NCBI GenBank assembly: GCA_004431415.1 | Contig: QPMI01000416.1 | Location: 682,001 to 746,000, forward strand | Reading direction: 5' to 3' | Source: Cyanophora paradoxa CCMP329 | Lineage: Eukaryota; Plantae; Glaucophyta | Length of the DNA stretch: 64,000 nt | The notes under the pieces: generated by a model | Seen by the model: the letters and a program-made list of their open reading frames with translations, nothing else | Databases searched by the model: none | Told to the model about the DNA's origin: nothing | Translations under genes and position numbers: made by a program | Shown: piece by piece, positions 26,501 through 38,400 of the stretch | Position numbering within the stretch: the first letter of the stretch is position 1 | Layout: each line of letters opens with the position of its first letter

Positions 26501-29500
26501 GGTCGCCGGAGCCTGTCTCAACCTGATTGAAATCAGGCGGAGGCAGGCTGAAAGCAGGCTGAGTCGTCAGCCTGACTGTAGCCTGCTTTCGAATCAGGCT
26601 GGCCTGATTCGAAAGCAGGCTAGCCTGATTAGGAACTCCAGCCAGCACCTAGCCTGATTCTAATATTTTTAATATCCATCAGGCTGAGGCAGGCTGAGTC
26701 AACGGACTAGGGGCTAGCGCTATAGTCAGGCTGAATTTAATCAGGCTGAGCGCGCCAGCACACATAGAAGCATCGGACCGGAACTCGCACTCTTAACATG
26801 ATAAGTACTATGGCTGCGACCGCTGACGAGGCTAATTGTAGTGTCTGGTTTAGTTTCAGTTATTGGATGTTTAGTGCGTTTAGATGTAGAACAGTGCTTC
26901 TCGTATGTGCAATGCGAGTTCCAATGCTTCTATGTGTGCTGGCGCGGTGCTGGGGGGCCGTGGCCGCGGTGCTGGGGGTAGCATATAGCGGAGCCTGATT
27001 CAGCCTGATATAAACCTGATATTAAAGCCTGATTGAAGCCTGATTCAGCCTGCTTTAAGCCTGATTCAAGCCTGTCTCGGCCTGTTTAAAATCAGGTTTA
27101 GTCCTCCGAAATAAGGCTGAGCCTGTTTCGCCAAGCCTGACTCGGCCTGATTGAAGCCTGTTTCAGATCAGGTTGAGACAGGCCCCGGCGACCCCCTTTT
27201 TACTAGTGCGACCGCCCTGGCTTCCCCCCCACGCGCGAGCAAGCCGTCGCCTTCGCTTTAGCGACCGTCGAAGCACTCGCGGCTGCGCGGCAGCATCGCT
27301 TCGTCGTTCGCTTTGTCGGGTGCGCGAAAATTCATTCAAGTGGACCGCCCATAGCTGACCTCTGTTCATGATTGCCACGGCAGGCCTGCGATCGAGGACC
27401 TCCACATGGAAGTCCTCAAGCGCCTCCGTGACGCCGGCCTCGCGGATATCGAAATTCAAGACCTTGTCTACCAGATGCGCGGCGGGAGCGAGCAGCGCGC
27501 CAGCCGCGTGGCTCTGCGGGCGCTCGAGGCGGCGGGCCGCCTCACCATGCTCTCGCAGGACGGCTCTCTTCACGACCGGCGCCGCTGGCTGCCGCTCACC
27601 CCCATGTTCGACTTCCGCCCCGACCCCCTCCAGAAGGCCTGGATCGCCTATGTTTACGGCGAGCCCTCTGCAGACAGCACCATCATCTTTTAGCCAGCTG
27701 TTCAGGGTTAGCAGTAGGCCGTGCGAACACAGTTGATACGCAGCGTTTTTTCACTCCAGAACAATCTTTCATATACAGTGCGCTGAATCTGGCCTTTCAT
27801 TCAGGCTTTTCTTTATTCCGTTTGATCGCACCATCTGCTTAATGGGCCTTTTCTATTTTTTTCAATCATATATACTCTGTGTGTACCTTTACACTTCAAC
27901 CTGCCGCGCGCGCTGGGCCGGGGTCGATCTAGATCTGCCCCGTGCATGTCCGTGCCACTACGACTCTTTCATTAGATCCCGGTTCCCCCCTTGCACCCCC
28001 GGCGCGCCAAACGCGGCCGGGCCCCTATAATAGCTTAAGCTTGCCGATCGCGAGTGCTCAAGCTTTCGCTAACCGCGACGGCGAGCAGGTCCTCACGGGA
28101 AGGAGATCCTGTGGGTATGGGAGGTCTACAATTACGACACCAAGAACTGGGTCATGCTCGGCAACAACAACAACACCGATCCCGCCTACACCCCTTCTCT
28201 CGCGTGGTGCGCGCGCCGAGCATGCGCAGCGCAGCACTCGCGCTTAAGCTTGCCTTGAATTAATTTGCTAGCGCTGCGAGCTCACGTCGAGGTGGGACCT
28301 TCCGCGCAGGACGTGGGTGACGCTGAAGTTCCCCGCGCTGTCCGGACCGGCACTCCCGTATCTGAAGAAGGACGGCTCGACGTACACCGTCCTCGTCCGC
28401 CAGACCTGCATGAGTGCGCAGCCGCTGGGCCTAGATCTAGAGTGCTGCCGATCGCAGCCCCGACTAACAATTGCAATATTAATTGTGCAAGCCTTGCAAA
28501 TTGGAGCGCCGTGCATTCTGACTTGTCCTCGCCGGCGCAGCGCTCAAGGCGGACGCGATCAACATCGACTACATGGCGGTGAACTTCGTGTACGCGTGCG
28601 ACGGAGAGGAGACCCCGACCCCGACCCCGACTCCGGTTACCCCCACCCCGACCGAGGCCCCCCCTGCTCCGCCTACCCCGACGCCCAAGCCGGAGCCGTG
28701 CACGAAGGACGTCGCCGCCCTTCCGAAGAGCCTCGAGACCGCCAAGGTGCGACCGCTAGGCTTAGAGATCAGATCGCGCCATGTGCGCAACTAATTATTA
28801 GACTTACATGTACAACTTTTGAAGCCCCGGCCCGTTTCCAGCACGCGCACTTCTGACATGTCTGCTCACGATCGGCTCCGGTCCACGATATGCGCGCCGC
28901 AGGCCGATTACATCCTGCCAGGGCTGAGCTCCGTCAGCGTCATGCGGACCGCGTCCAACAAATGCACCGGCGTCTACGATTGCTGGGGTGAATACGTTGA
29001 GGTAAGCCGGCGCCGTCGATGCCCGTTATCGCTTGAGCCCGAATAGAGGCTCGGCAAACTCAATGTTTTGGATCCGCTTTGCTCGCCCATGGTCAGCTGC
29101 AGCATGCTAATTTCGGCTCTTCGGAATTCAGTTCAAATCCGGGACGACGGAGGCGACGCGCTCGAAGACAAACATCACCCTCGCGCTGAACCCGATCATC
29201 GACACCGCAGCCAAAGCCGAGGCGCTCTCCGCCCTCCAGCTCGAGGTCAAGATGCGCGGTGCGCACGCGCCCCGCCGCGCGCTGGAGATCAATATTCAAG
29301 ACCGCACACGCATGAGCTGCAGCTGCGTACGCGGCGTGCGCGATTCGCAATGATAACAGCAGCTCAAGCCGCAACATAAAATCCTATAGGAACACGACAG
29401 GAATTCATAGCTTAAGCTTGCCGATCGCGAGTGCTCAAGCTTTCGCTAACCGCGACGGCGAGCAGGTCCTCACGGGAAGGAGATCCTGTGGGTATGGGAG

Positions 29501-31378
29501 GTCTACAATTACGACACCAAGAACTGGGTCATGCTCGGCAACAACAACAACACCGATCCCGCCTACACCCCTTCTCTCGCGTGGTGCGCGCGCCGAGCAT
29601 GCGCAGCGCAGCACTCGCGCTTAAGCTTGCCTTGAATTAATTTGCTAGCGCTGCGAGCTCACGTCGAGGTGGGACCTTCCGCGCAGGACGTGGGTGACGC
29701 TGAAGTTCCCCGCGCTGTCCGGACCGGCACTCCCGTATCTGAAGAAGGACGGCTCGACGTACACCGTCCTCGTCCGCCAGACCTGCATGAGTGCGCAGCC
29801 GCTGGGCCTAGATCTAGAGTGCTGCCGATCGCAGCCCCGACTAACAATTGCAATATTAATTGTGCAAGCCTTGCAAATTGGAGCGCCGTGCATTCTGACT
29901 TGTCCTCGCCGGCGCAGCGCTCAAGGCGGACGCGATCAACATCGACTACATGGCGGTGAACTTCGTGTACGCGTGCGACGGAGAGGAGACCCCGACCCCG
30001 ACCCCGACTCCGGTTACCCCGACCCCGACCGAGGCCCCCCCTGCTCCTCCTACCCCGACGCCCAAGCCGGAGCCGTGCACGAAGGACGTCGCCGCCCTTC
30101 CGAAGAGCCTCGAGACCGCCAAGGTGCGACCGCTAGGCTTAGAGATCAGATCGCGCCATGTGCGCAACTAATTATTAGACTTACATGTACAACTTTTGAA
30201 GCCCCGGCCCGTTTCCAGCACGCGCACTTCTGACATGTCTGCTCACGATCGGCTCCGGTCCACGATATGCGCGCCGCAGGCCGATTACATCCTGCCAGGG
30301 CTGAGCTCCGTCAGCGTCATGCGGACCGCGTCCAACAAATGCACCGGCGTCTACGATTGCTGGGGTGAATACGTTGAGGTAAGCCGGCGCCGTCGATGCC
30401 CGTTATCGGCTTGAGCCCGAATAGAGGCTCGGCAAACTCAATGTTTTGGATCCGCTTTGCTCGCCCATGGTCAGCTGCAGCATGCTAATTTCGGCTCTTC
30501 GGAATTCAGTTCAAATCCGGGACGACGGAGGCGACGCGCTCGAAGACAAACATCACCCTCGCGCTGAACCCGATCATCGACACCGCAGCCAAAGCCGAGG
30601 CGCTCTCCGCCCTCCAGCTCGAGGTCAAGATGCGCGGTGCGCACGCGCCCCGCCGCGCGCTGGAGATCAATATTCAAGACCGCACACGCATGAGCTGCAG
30701 CTGCGTACGCGGCGTGCGCGATTCGCAATGATAACAGCAGCTCAAGCCGCAACATAAAATCCTATAGGAACACGACAGGAATTCATAGCTTAAGCTTGCC
30801 GATCGCGAGTGCTCAAGCTTTCGCTAACCGCGACGGCGAGCAGGTCCTCACGGGAAGGAGATCCTGTGGGTATGGGAGGTCTACAATTACGACACCAAGA
30901 ACTGGGTCATGCTCGGCAACAACAACAACACCGATCCCGCCTACACCCCTTCTCTCGCGTGGTGCGCGCGCCGAGCTGCGGAGCACTTGCGCTTGCCCTT
31001 GCAAGCGCTGCGAGCTCACGTGGACGTGTGGACCTTCCGCGCAGGACGTGGGTGACGCTGAAGTTCCCCGCGCTGTCCGGGCCGGCGTCCCCGTATCTGA
31101 AGAAGGACGGCTCGACGTACTCCGTCCTCGTCCGCCAGACCTGCGCGAGTGCGCGGCCGCTGGGCCTAGAGCGTGTCCGACCGTAGCCCAAATAATACAT
31201 TGTGCAAGCCTCGATCGCGAAACGCTGTGCATTCTGACCGGTCCTCGCCGGCGCAGCGCTCAAGGCGGACGCGATCAACATCGACTACATGGCGGTGAAC
31301 TTCGTGTACTGCGACGAAAAGAAGACCCCGACCCCGACTCCGACCGGGACCGAGTACATATACATACACTATAAATAG
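17522..31378 (+). CDS. Secreted tandem-module protein: signal peptide plus 8 near-identical ~200-aa modules separated by PT-rich linkers; no catalytic domain seen
   Basis: N-terminus MAPHARRSGQLWPRAPLCLALAVLVAALLAGLSDAGA. Spliced module: ADYILPGLSSVSVMRTASNKCTGVYDCWGEYVE|FKSGTTEATRSKTNITLALNPIIDTAAKAEALSALQLEVKMR|GPHGKEILWVWEVYNYDTKNWVMLGNNNNTDPAYTPSLAW|TWVTLKFPALSGPALPYLKKDGSTYTVLVRQTCM|TLKADAINIDYMAVNFVYACDGEETPTPTPTP...EPCTKDVAALPKSLETAK. The 3' end is uncertain. Confidence 0.75.
26486..27208. mobile_element. Non-autonomous CACTA (EnSpm) element, 723 bp, nested in the Helentron-like element
   Basis: Termini CACTAGTAAAAAGGGGGTCGCCGG.GCCTGTCTCAACCTGAT and its inverse. 3-bp TSD CGA at 26483-26485 and 27209-27211. 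Dense subterminal aggctga/gcctgat motifs in both orientations. Confidence 0.92.
27384..27693 (+). pseudogene. Probable captured 3' exon carried by the Helentron-like element
   Basis: Acceptor acggcag, then a frame with coding-like bias: PAIEDLHMEVLKRLRDAGLADIEIQDLVYQMRGG...WLPLTPMFDFRPDPLQKAWIAYVYGE...IIF*. Confidence 0.45.
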
Positions 31379-32161
31379 TGTGGTATCTCGATCGTCAAAA
31401 ATGTAGCTTTCTCCGCGGCCGAACATCGACAATAGCTGTAAATACGTAGCTATCGCACCCACCCTTGTCATATGTTTTCTCCAGTATCCAGTATCCAGTA
31501 GGCGCGCGCGGAGCGGGGGCTTGTTGTCAAGTGTGTACGAATTCAACAGACCTTCCAAAAAACCGTCGACGCCGATTGCCTTTTTGTATCGGGTGTAGGG
31601 GTGCACGTGTGAGGTTCCGCAGGTCTGATTCTTGCAAGTAAGGCTTGCCAGACGGGGCAGAGCCCTCGGAGTTTTAACTTCACCTCCACACCTAAGTCAC
31701 CTCAGGCTATCTCTCTTCGACTGCCCAGCAATCCCGGCGCCATCGATATCGCGCCTGCGCGTGCGAGAGGATACGGTCGCGATCGGCCTCCGGATCCCGG
31801 CGGGCCCCTCAGGTGCCCCCGATGTGCACAGCGAAACTGAAGTTCTCGATCTTTCTCCGAGGCTCTTTGGATTTGCCGCAGTGCTCTGAACCGGGCCGTA
31901 CAGCTGCAGGTCGCGATCGGCGGCGCCTTCGACGGCGGGACGAGCGCCAGCGAGCACGCCCTCGTTGGATCCGTCGTGAAATTCGTCGCGGGGGCGGCGG
32001 AGAGCATCCTCGCGTTGGAGACAGCCGCAGGCGAGCCGCTCCGAGCTCGAGTTGGTCGAGCCGCTTTATTTTCGCTGAAGCTTCGATTCCGATTTCGCAG
32101 CTGCGATCAAGTGCAACCGGGCGACGACCCTCTTCAAGATCGGGCCGCACTGGGCTTTCGT

Positions 32162-32417
32162 GAAGGCCTGCCAAGGCCGGGGCACAGCCGACAACCCCTC
32201 CGGATCCTTCATCGCCGATCGGGACAAGGCGCTGGATTACTGGCTTGAGCTTCTCAGATCCATCCTCAAAGAATGCTTCCCTCTCTTGCTCGAGTCCTTT
32301 TACCTTTGCTGGTGCCTGCAAACGCGCCCCAATTGCAACGAGCGCGAGCGCGTTCGCGATTGGCCGCTCGAGAATCTTATGCGCGTTTTCCGCCCCAGGC
32401 TTGCGGGCCGTACCCCC
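32162..32417 (+). repeat. Left copy of the 256-bp target-site duplication
   Basis: Matches 42295-42550 except for one T/C difference (tggcttgag vs tggctcgag). Followed directly by T8. Confidence 0.92.
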
Positions 32418-35400
32418 TTTTTTTTGCAAAAGTGGACGTCGCATTGATACACCACGGCACATGTATCAATGTTCTACGTGACGTGCCCTTCCGACCGGTC
32501 ATCTATCTAGCCGAGGGTGCTAGCTAGGTGCCGGCCATGGGTCGCTCAATATGGGAGGTTCGCCTGAGTGGGGGAGCCATGGTTTTCGGTGATAGCCGTA
32601 ACCAGACCCACGCGCCCACCCCTTGATCAACTCCTCCATCCCTCATGAGCCCTGGAAGTGAAATGTCTCGCAGTCCGCCGCCCTCCCTTGCCGCCGCTCC
32701 GCCACGCCTCCTCCTCCCCACTCCGCCTCCTCCCTCCTCCTCACCTGCGCCCCAGGACCCCGATTAATCGGTGTCCCGTTTTGTCGAGGTGAAGAAGGTG
32801 GTAGGAGGAAGATATGAGGAAGGAGAGGGAGTGGGCGGAGGCAGCAGCTTGGGGCGGGCAGCGGATGCGGGGCAAGGCAGGGAGAGGTGCCGGGACAGCA
32901 GTGTGGAGTGAGCGTGGGCATTGGCAGGCGGCGCAGAGAGCTGGGAGTGCGGAGACGAGGCGGGCCGCGAGGGGTCGGGAGGGGTCGACCGGGTGAGAGG
33001 GGGGGCCGAGGCCAGGGGGTGGCCGAAGCCATGGGGTTGGCCGAAGCCAGGGGGTGGCCGAAGCCGATGGGTGGCCGAAGCCAAAGGGGGGCCGAGGCCA
33101 TTGGGGGGGCCGAAGCCATAGGGGTGGCCGGAGCCAGCGGGGGTCTGGCACTTGAGGGCCGGTTGGGGCCGGGGGGAGACCGTAGGGGCTGAGGGGCAGC
33201 GTCTTGCGAGGTCCCGAGCGGGGGGGACAGCTGAAGCAAGGGGGGGGAGGGGGAGTTGGCTGCTTGCAGCGTCGTAAGTGGTTTGTACACTCCGGGTGCA
33301 AAGAGGGACGTGATTGTGGGTTGCCCCGTAGGTATCGGCACCGTTCGCGCTTTTTTGGTCATGCGCCTGGGAGTCTTGCGGCCGGTTGCCTTTCTTTTCG
33401 CCGTAGGTACGGGCGGGGCGGGTGTAGAGGCGGGAGGGGGAGGGGTCGCGGGGCGCGGGCATTTGGGTGCCGGGGCGGAGGGGGTATCGGCTGTCCGTTT
33501 ACGTGAGGCAGGCGACGGGCGTGTTCGTTTCGGGGGAGGGGCCAGGGGGGGCCCCGGAGCGGGGCGTTTGGAAGGTTGGGTAGTGTTCGTAGGACCCGCG
33601 GGCGAAGCGGGCAGGATGCCAGTGTCGGAGTTCTCGTGTGACTGTCGTGCTGGGGGTACCGCAGGTAGGGAGGCAGGGCAGGAGGTGATCTCAGGGCGGG
33701 CGGGGCATTTTCCCCGTCTGGCGTCGGAGTGGGCCTGGAGGGCAGATGCAGAGGCGAACCGAGTGCCGCAGGTGCAGGAGAAGTCAGACGTCCCGGCGGC
33801 GGGTCCTGCATCGGGCAGCTGGGGGGAGGGGGGGCCTGGGGTGAGGGGGCGACGGGGAGTCGTGCAATTGCTTGGCGGAAGTTTTCCAAGAGAATCCATG
33901 GTTGGCCTTCCGAGCCCAATTCGCAGCAGAAGTCGGTGATGGAGATGGTATCATGGAGGGAGGGGGCGGGGGAGGGCGGGGGAGGGGGGGACTGGGCGGC
34001 TGCACTAGAGGCGAGCGGGAGGGTTTGGAGTCTGCATGTTTGCGGTACCGACGTTTGGTTCTGTCATTGATGCCGTGTCGGAGCTCCCAGGCGTGGTTGC
34101 GGGCGCAGCGGTCTCTCCAGATCGCACGGAGGTGTTGGTCGAGGAGCAGCGCTAGGTCTTTTTGGATTGACATTGTGGTAGTTTTGTTGATGCCCAGAGC
34201 TGTGCAGAGGGCGGGCAATCCTGCCGGGGTACCGAGGCGCAGGAGGGCAGGGGCGGGGAAGGGGAGCATGTCAGCCAGGGCCGGGCTAAGCTTTGTCCAT
34301 AGGGTATCGGTGAGACCTGGGGGGCGGAAAAGGGCCGGATTTTCGGTGGGGGAGAGGAGGGCGGATTGGAGGGGAGAGGCGGGGTCAGGAGAAACGAGGG
34401 GAGAGGCGGGGTCAGGAGAAACGAGGCGGAGGAAGGGGAAGAGTTGAAAGATGGTATCGTCGTGTCCTAGTGGTTTGGGCGAGTGGCGGAGAACCCGGGT
34501 ACGGAGGAAGGTCACGAGTGCGTCCTGGAAAGCTTGGAGAAGGAGGCGAGCGGCGGGGCAAGTAAATATGTGGACGAAGTCTTCGGGGGGTGGTTGTGGG
34601 GTCGGGCGGTCTGGGGTCTGCGGCCGCCGGTGGGGAAGAGGGCGAGGGGAGCCCGGGGGGTGCATGTGGCAGGGGCGGGGAGGGGAGGGTGGGGAAGCAG
34701 CATCTTCGGGGATGGGGCAGGGGTGGGAGGGAGGTGACAGAAGGGGCAGTGGGCGGTGCCGTCGGGGAAGAGAGGGCCGTAGAGGTCGGGGTCGTGGAGA
34801 AGGCGGATGGTGAGGGAGGGAAGGCTTCCAAGCATGCATTGGAATCTGACTTTGCGGAGGTGGTCGCCTGTGGGGTGCGGCGGTCCGGTGGCTTGTCGGA
34901 CACTAGGGAGAGGGCTGGAGCAAGGGTAACATGGGGTTGCTGAGGACGGCCCCCGCGTTGCGAAGCTGGCGCCAGTCGAGGTATTGGGAGAGGGAGGCTT
35001 CGGCTAGGAAGTGAGAGCGGGGGTCCCCCTCGACGCGGTACGCATGGAGTCTGCCTCGGTAGGGCTCGGCCCCGGGGACTGGGCCGTGGGATAGTGGGGG
35101 CGGGAGGCCAACACGGATGAGGAAGCATTTGAAACTGTGGGGAATGAAAAGAAGGGCGGAGAGGGGGGCGTCGGGGGCTGTTTTAGCAAGCTTGTCAACG
35201 GCGTCATTGTGGCGGTTGTCAGGGGTGTAGGCTGGGTTCGGGATACGATTCTTAGCCGGGGTGCGGGCCGCCTCTTTCTGTGCGGCTGTTTTGGATGTGT
35301 TGGCGGACCGTGGTTGCGGCAGGGTGGCTTCACGGTGAGCGGCTTCAGTTAGGATGGACGCCGCTTCGAGTGGGGTAACGTGGGACGGCCGGAAGAGACG

Positions 35401-38400
35401 GCGCGCTGTGGCGGAGGCTTCGTTGCGAGCCAGGTCGGCGAGCTGAGAGGCGAGTTCTTGGGCGTAGCGGGCGCCGGGAGGGAGGGGGGTGGCGGGCCCT
35501 TCGGGGCGGGGCGGGGGAGACTCAAGCACAGTTGGGGAGCGCGGGAGGGCTGGATGGTTGGGGGAGGATGGTGGGGAGTCGAGGGTAGGGAGGGTGCCGC
35601 CGGTGGAGACTGGGGGGCGGCGCGGCGGATGGGTACGCCCGGGGAAGGTCGGCGGGGGCCGGAGGGCCGGGAGGGTTGGGCTGCAGCATAGGGGGTCAAG
35701 GGTGACGGACCCGTAGCAGAGGCTGAGGGCAATATATTCACGGTATCTGCGGAGCGCTGCAGCGTCGGCCTGAATGTAGGCTGGGGGGCGGGGCAGGTCC
35801 GACGGGGTAAGTGCTGAGGAGCGACTGAGTAGGTCAGCTGTGAGGAGGAGGAGTGGACCGCAGGCCGTGCTGTTTGGGGCTGGAGAACGGAGAGGGATGT
35901 CTCCGGGCGTAGATAGGTCCATCTGCAGAAGGGAGTGGGGGGGAGGGGAGATCCAGAGTCGCGCTGACTCCAAGTGGCCGCCAAGTCTTGTGCAAAGGAG
36001 ACAAGGTGGTCAGGGACGTCGAGGGAGCCATTGTAGAAGTAGAATGAGCGCGTCTGTGGAAATAGAGCAAGTAGGTGCCAGTGTCCCGGAGGTCTGCTGG
36101 AGGAAGGGGTCAGCGAGGGGGCTGGTCGGGTTTGTTGAATTGGGCAATAGGTGAGGATGGGGACGAGAACGAGGCGGGCATCGAGGAGTCGTCCGTGGGG
36201 GATGTATCGGTGTAGGGGGAGGAGGGCAGAACCCCGAGAGTCGAAGTGGGAGGCTGCGCTAGCAGGGTAGGAGCTGGACGATAGGAAGTGAGCAGGGTGG
36301 GGCGAGGCCAGGGCGGCTTCACGGGAAGAGAGCAGGTCAAAAAAGGCTTCCACGAGGGGGAGGCTGAGGGGGGCATTCGGACGGAGGTGTAAAAGGTCGC
36401 CTCGTCGAATGAGTGAGTAACAGTGAGGGTCGGCTCGGGGGGCGGGTGGGAGGGGGGGCTTCGACGCGAGGGTTTGCTCCGCGCAATAATCATTGTCTGC
36501 GAAGCGGAAGGCATTCCCCAGCCAGCTTTTCTCCGCCAGCGTCAGCGGGCGAGGGAGGGGGAATTCAGTCGGGTGGACGGGGGTTCGGCCTGGGGAGGCA
36601 AGCGCAGCTGGGTGGGCCGCGGGCGACGGAGGGCGTGGGATTGAGGAGTGGGCGTGGGAGGGGGTGGAGGGATGCGGGGAGGGGGAGGGGAGTTGGGGGA
36701 CCGGGGGGGTGTAAGGGGCGAGGGGGGAGGGGGGGGACGGAAGGGAGGGGGGGTGGGGTCTCGTTTGCGTCGGACCCGGCGGCGGGCTTTTGCTGCCGTG
36801 TGCTGGGAGGGGCGGGAGCTGGTGCATGGGGTCGTGCGCTGCCGTTTTGTTGTGAAAGCCGGGCCGTTGGCCTGGATTGTCCCCAGGAGGACCTCAGGGT
36901 CCCGGAGGAGGAGAGCGGCCGCCCAGCGTTCCCGGTAGATGGGGGCGTGGAAGGGGATGGGGCGGCCCCGTCCTTTGCCGTACAGGTGGACTTCCTCGCC
37001 GCGGCCAATGAACTCAGCGGCGGTCATGACGAAGAGAGCGTCTTCACCCGTGTGGACGTGTTTCCAAGCTTGCGTGGGGAAGGTGCTGGTGTCGTATTTC
37101 CAGGCCGAGCGTGGAGAGGGGTCGCCAGGGCGGAGGGTCGCCGTCCACCATTTGAGGACCCAGTCTTTAAGAAGGACCGTGACGTCGGAGGCGGGTTTGC
37201 GGGTGACGTCCAGGATGCGGATTTCGCGGAGGCGGGCTGAGATGATTGCTAGTCGCCAGGGTCGGGACCCAGAGGGTGGTAGGGGAAGGAGAATATAGTC
37301 GTACTCCGTTGGGAGAAGGGGTGCGGGACGTAGGATCGGTCCGTTAGCGGCCGGCCTGCGCGGGTCTTGAGCGAGAGGGTGGAGGGGGCTGTGCCCATGA
37401 GGATTGAGGTTGCGTGGAGGACGAAAGAAAGAGGCACTTGGGGGTGGTGGGGGCGTGCAGCCGGAAGGAGACTTGCCGGTTCTGAAGAAGTCTGAAGAAA
37501 GCGTCAATGGGTTCTGCAGGTATGGGTTGTTCGAGGAGAAGGGGTGTGGCCAGGTGGGCCCCAGACCGGGGTTGGGGTCGATGAGGGAGAGAGGAGCCGC
37601 TCTAAGGGCGGCCAGGCGAGATTTTATGCCATCAAGGAGGGGAAGTACTCGGCGATCATACCGGGGCCGTCAGGATCGATGGCAGCCGAGTAGGGAATGG
37701 CTCGGCGGCCATATCGTTCGAACAGTATGGGGAGGGCGCCGGTTTGGTCGCGGAGTGGGAAAGTGGGTGGGGGGCCGGGCGGGGCGGGGGTGGGGTGGCA
37801 GTGCGGGCAGGATAGGGCAGGTCCCCGTGCCCATTGTTCTGCGATCAGGGAGGAAATGGGGAGTCCCCACATGCCAGGATCACAGCGGTGGTACGCGATC
37901 GGAGGGGCACCAGCCTCAGCTTGGGAGGTGGGGGCAAGCGTGAGATCTTCGTCCCAATACCAGGCGGGGAGAGGCGTGTCGCGGTCGGCGGGGACAGCCG
38001 GTTTGCAGAGGGAAGTTTGATAGAAAGTCCAGCTGGGGCCGGGGGCCCGAGGGTGGGCTAAGTGGTGGTCGAGGGCGAGCTTCCTTGTAGGCCCGGGGTC
38101 GGGGTATTCGGCGTCGGGGGGGTCCTCGGGGAGTGGTTGAAGGAAGATTGGGTTGGGAGGGGAGTAACATTGGAAGGAGATGTTGCGAGTGATGTTTTTG
38201 CGTCCGAAGGCTTCTAGGAAGGCTGAGTAGGCGCGGAGGATGTCGCAGTCCGAAGTGATGGTGAGATGTTCGTCGGAGGGGAGGAGAGCGTGGTTTTTGG
38301 GGATGCGGATGCAGCGGTTCCAGATGAGAGTTTCCTCCGCTGCGAATGCCCGTTCGAGTCTGGCCGACGCGAGGGGACGAGGTCTAGGATCAGGTGGTGT

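Larger units (their letters stand above)
25036..28030 (+). mobile_element. Non-autonomous Helentron/Helitron2-like element (2995 bp) inserted in an intron of array unit 6
   Basis: The empty site ggaattca|tagcttaagc is present in the other 7 units. 5' end: TTGCAAGGGGGGAA with an immediate fold-back (aagaccgaaggtctt...ccccccttgc). 3' subterminal inverted repeat ttccccccttgca (~27983-27995), then a GC hairpin (cccggcgcg...cgcggccggg) and ctataa. No TSD beyond an ambiguous AT. Confidence 0.75.
17812..31345 (+). repeat. Tandem array of 8 exon+intron units: ~1377-bp long form, ~1242-bp short form in units 3-5, unit 6 interrupted by an insertion
   Basis: An identical marker recurs at 17967, 19345, 20720, 21961, 23203, 24446, 28819 and 30196. 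Introns are as conserved as exons. The last unit diverges from about 30975. Confidence 0.97.

Noticed and set aside
31367-31380. CACTATAAATAGTG mini inverted repeat as a CACTA footprint
   Set aside because: Only a 6-bp stem with no TSD; could arise by chance.
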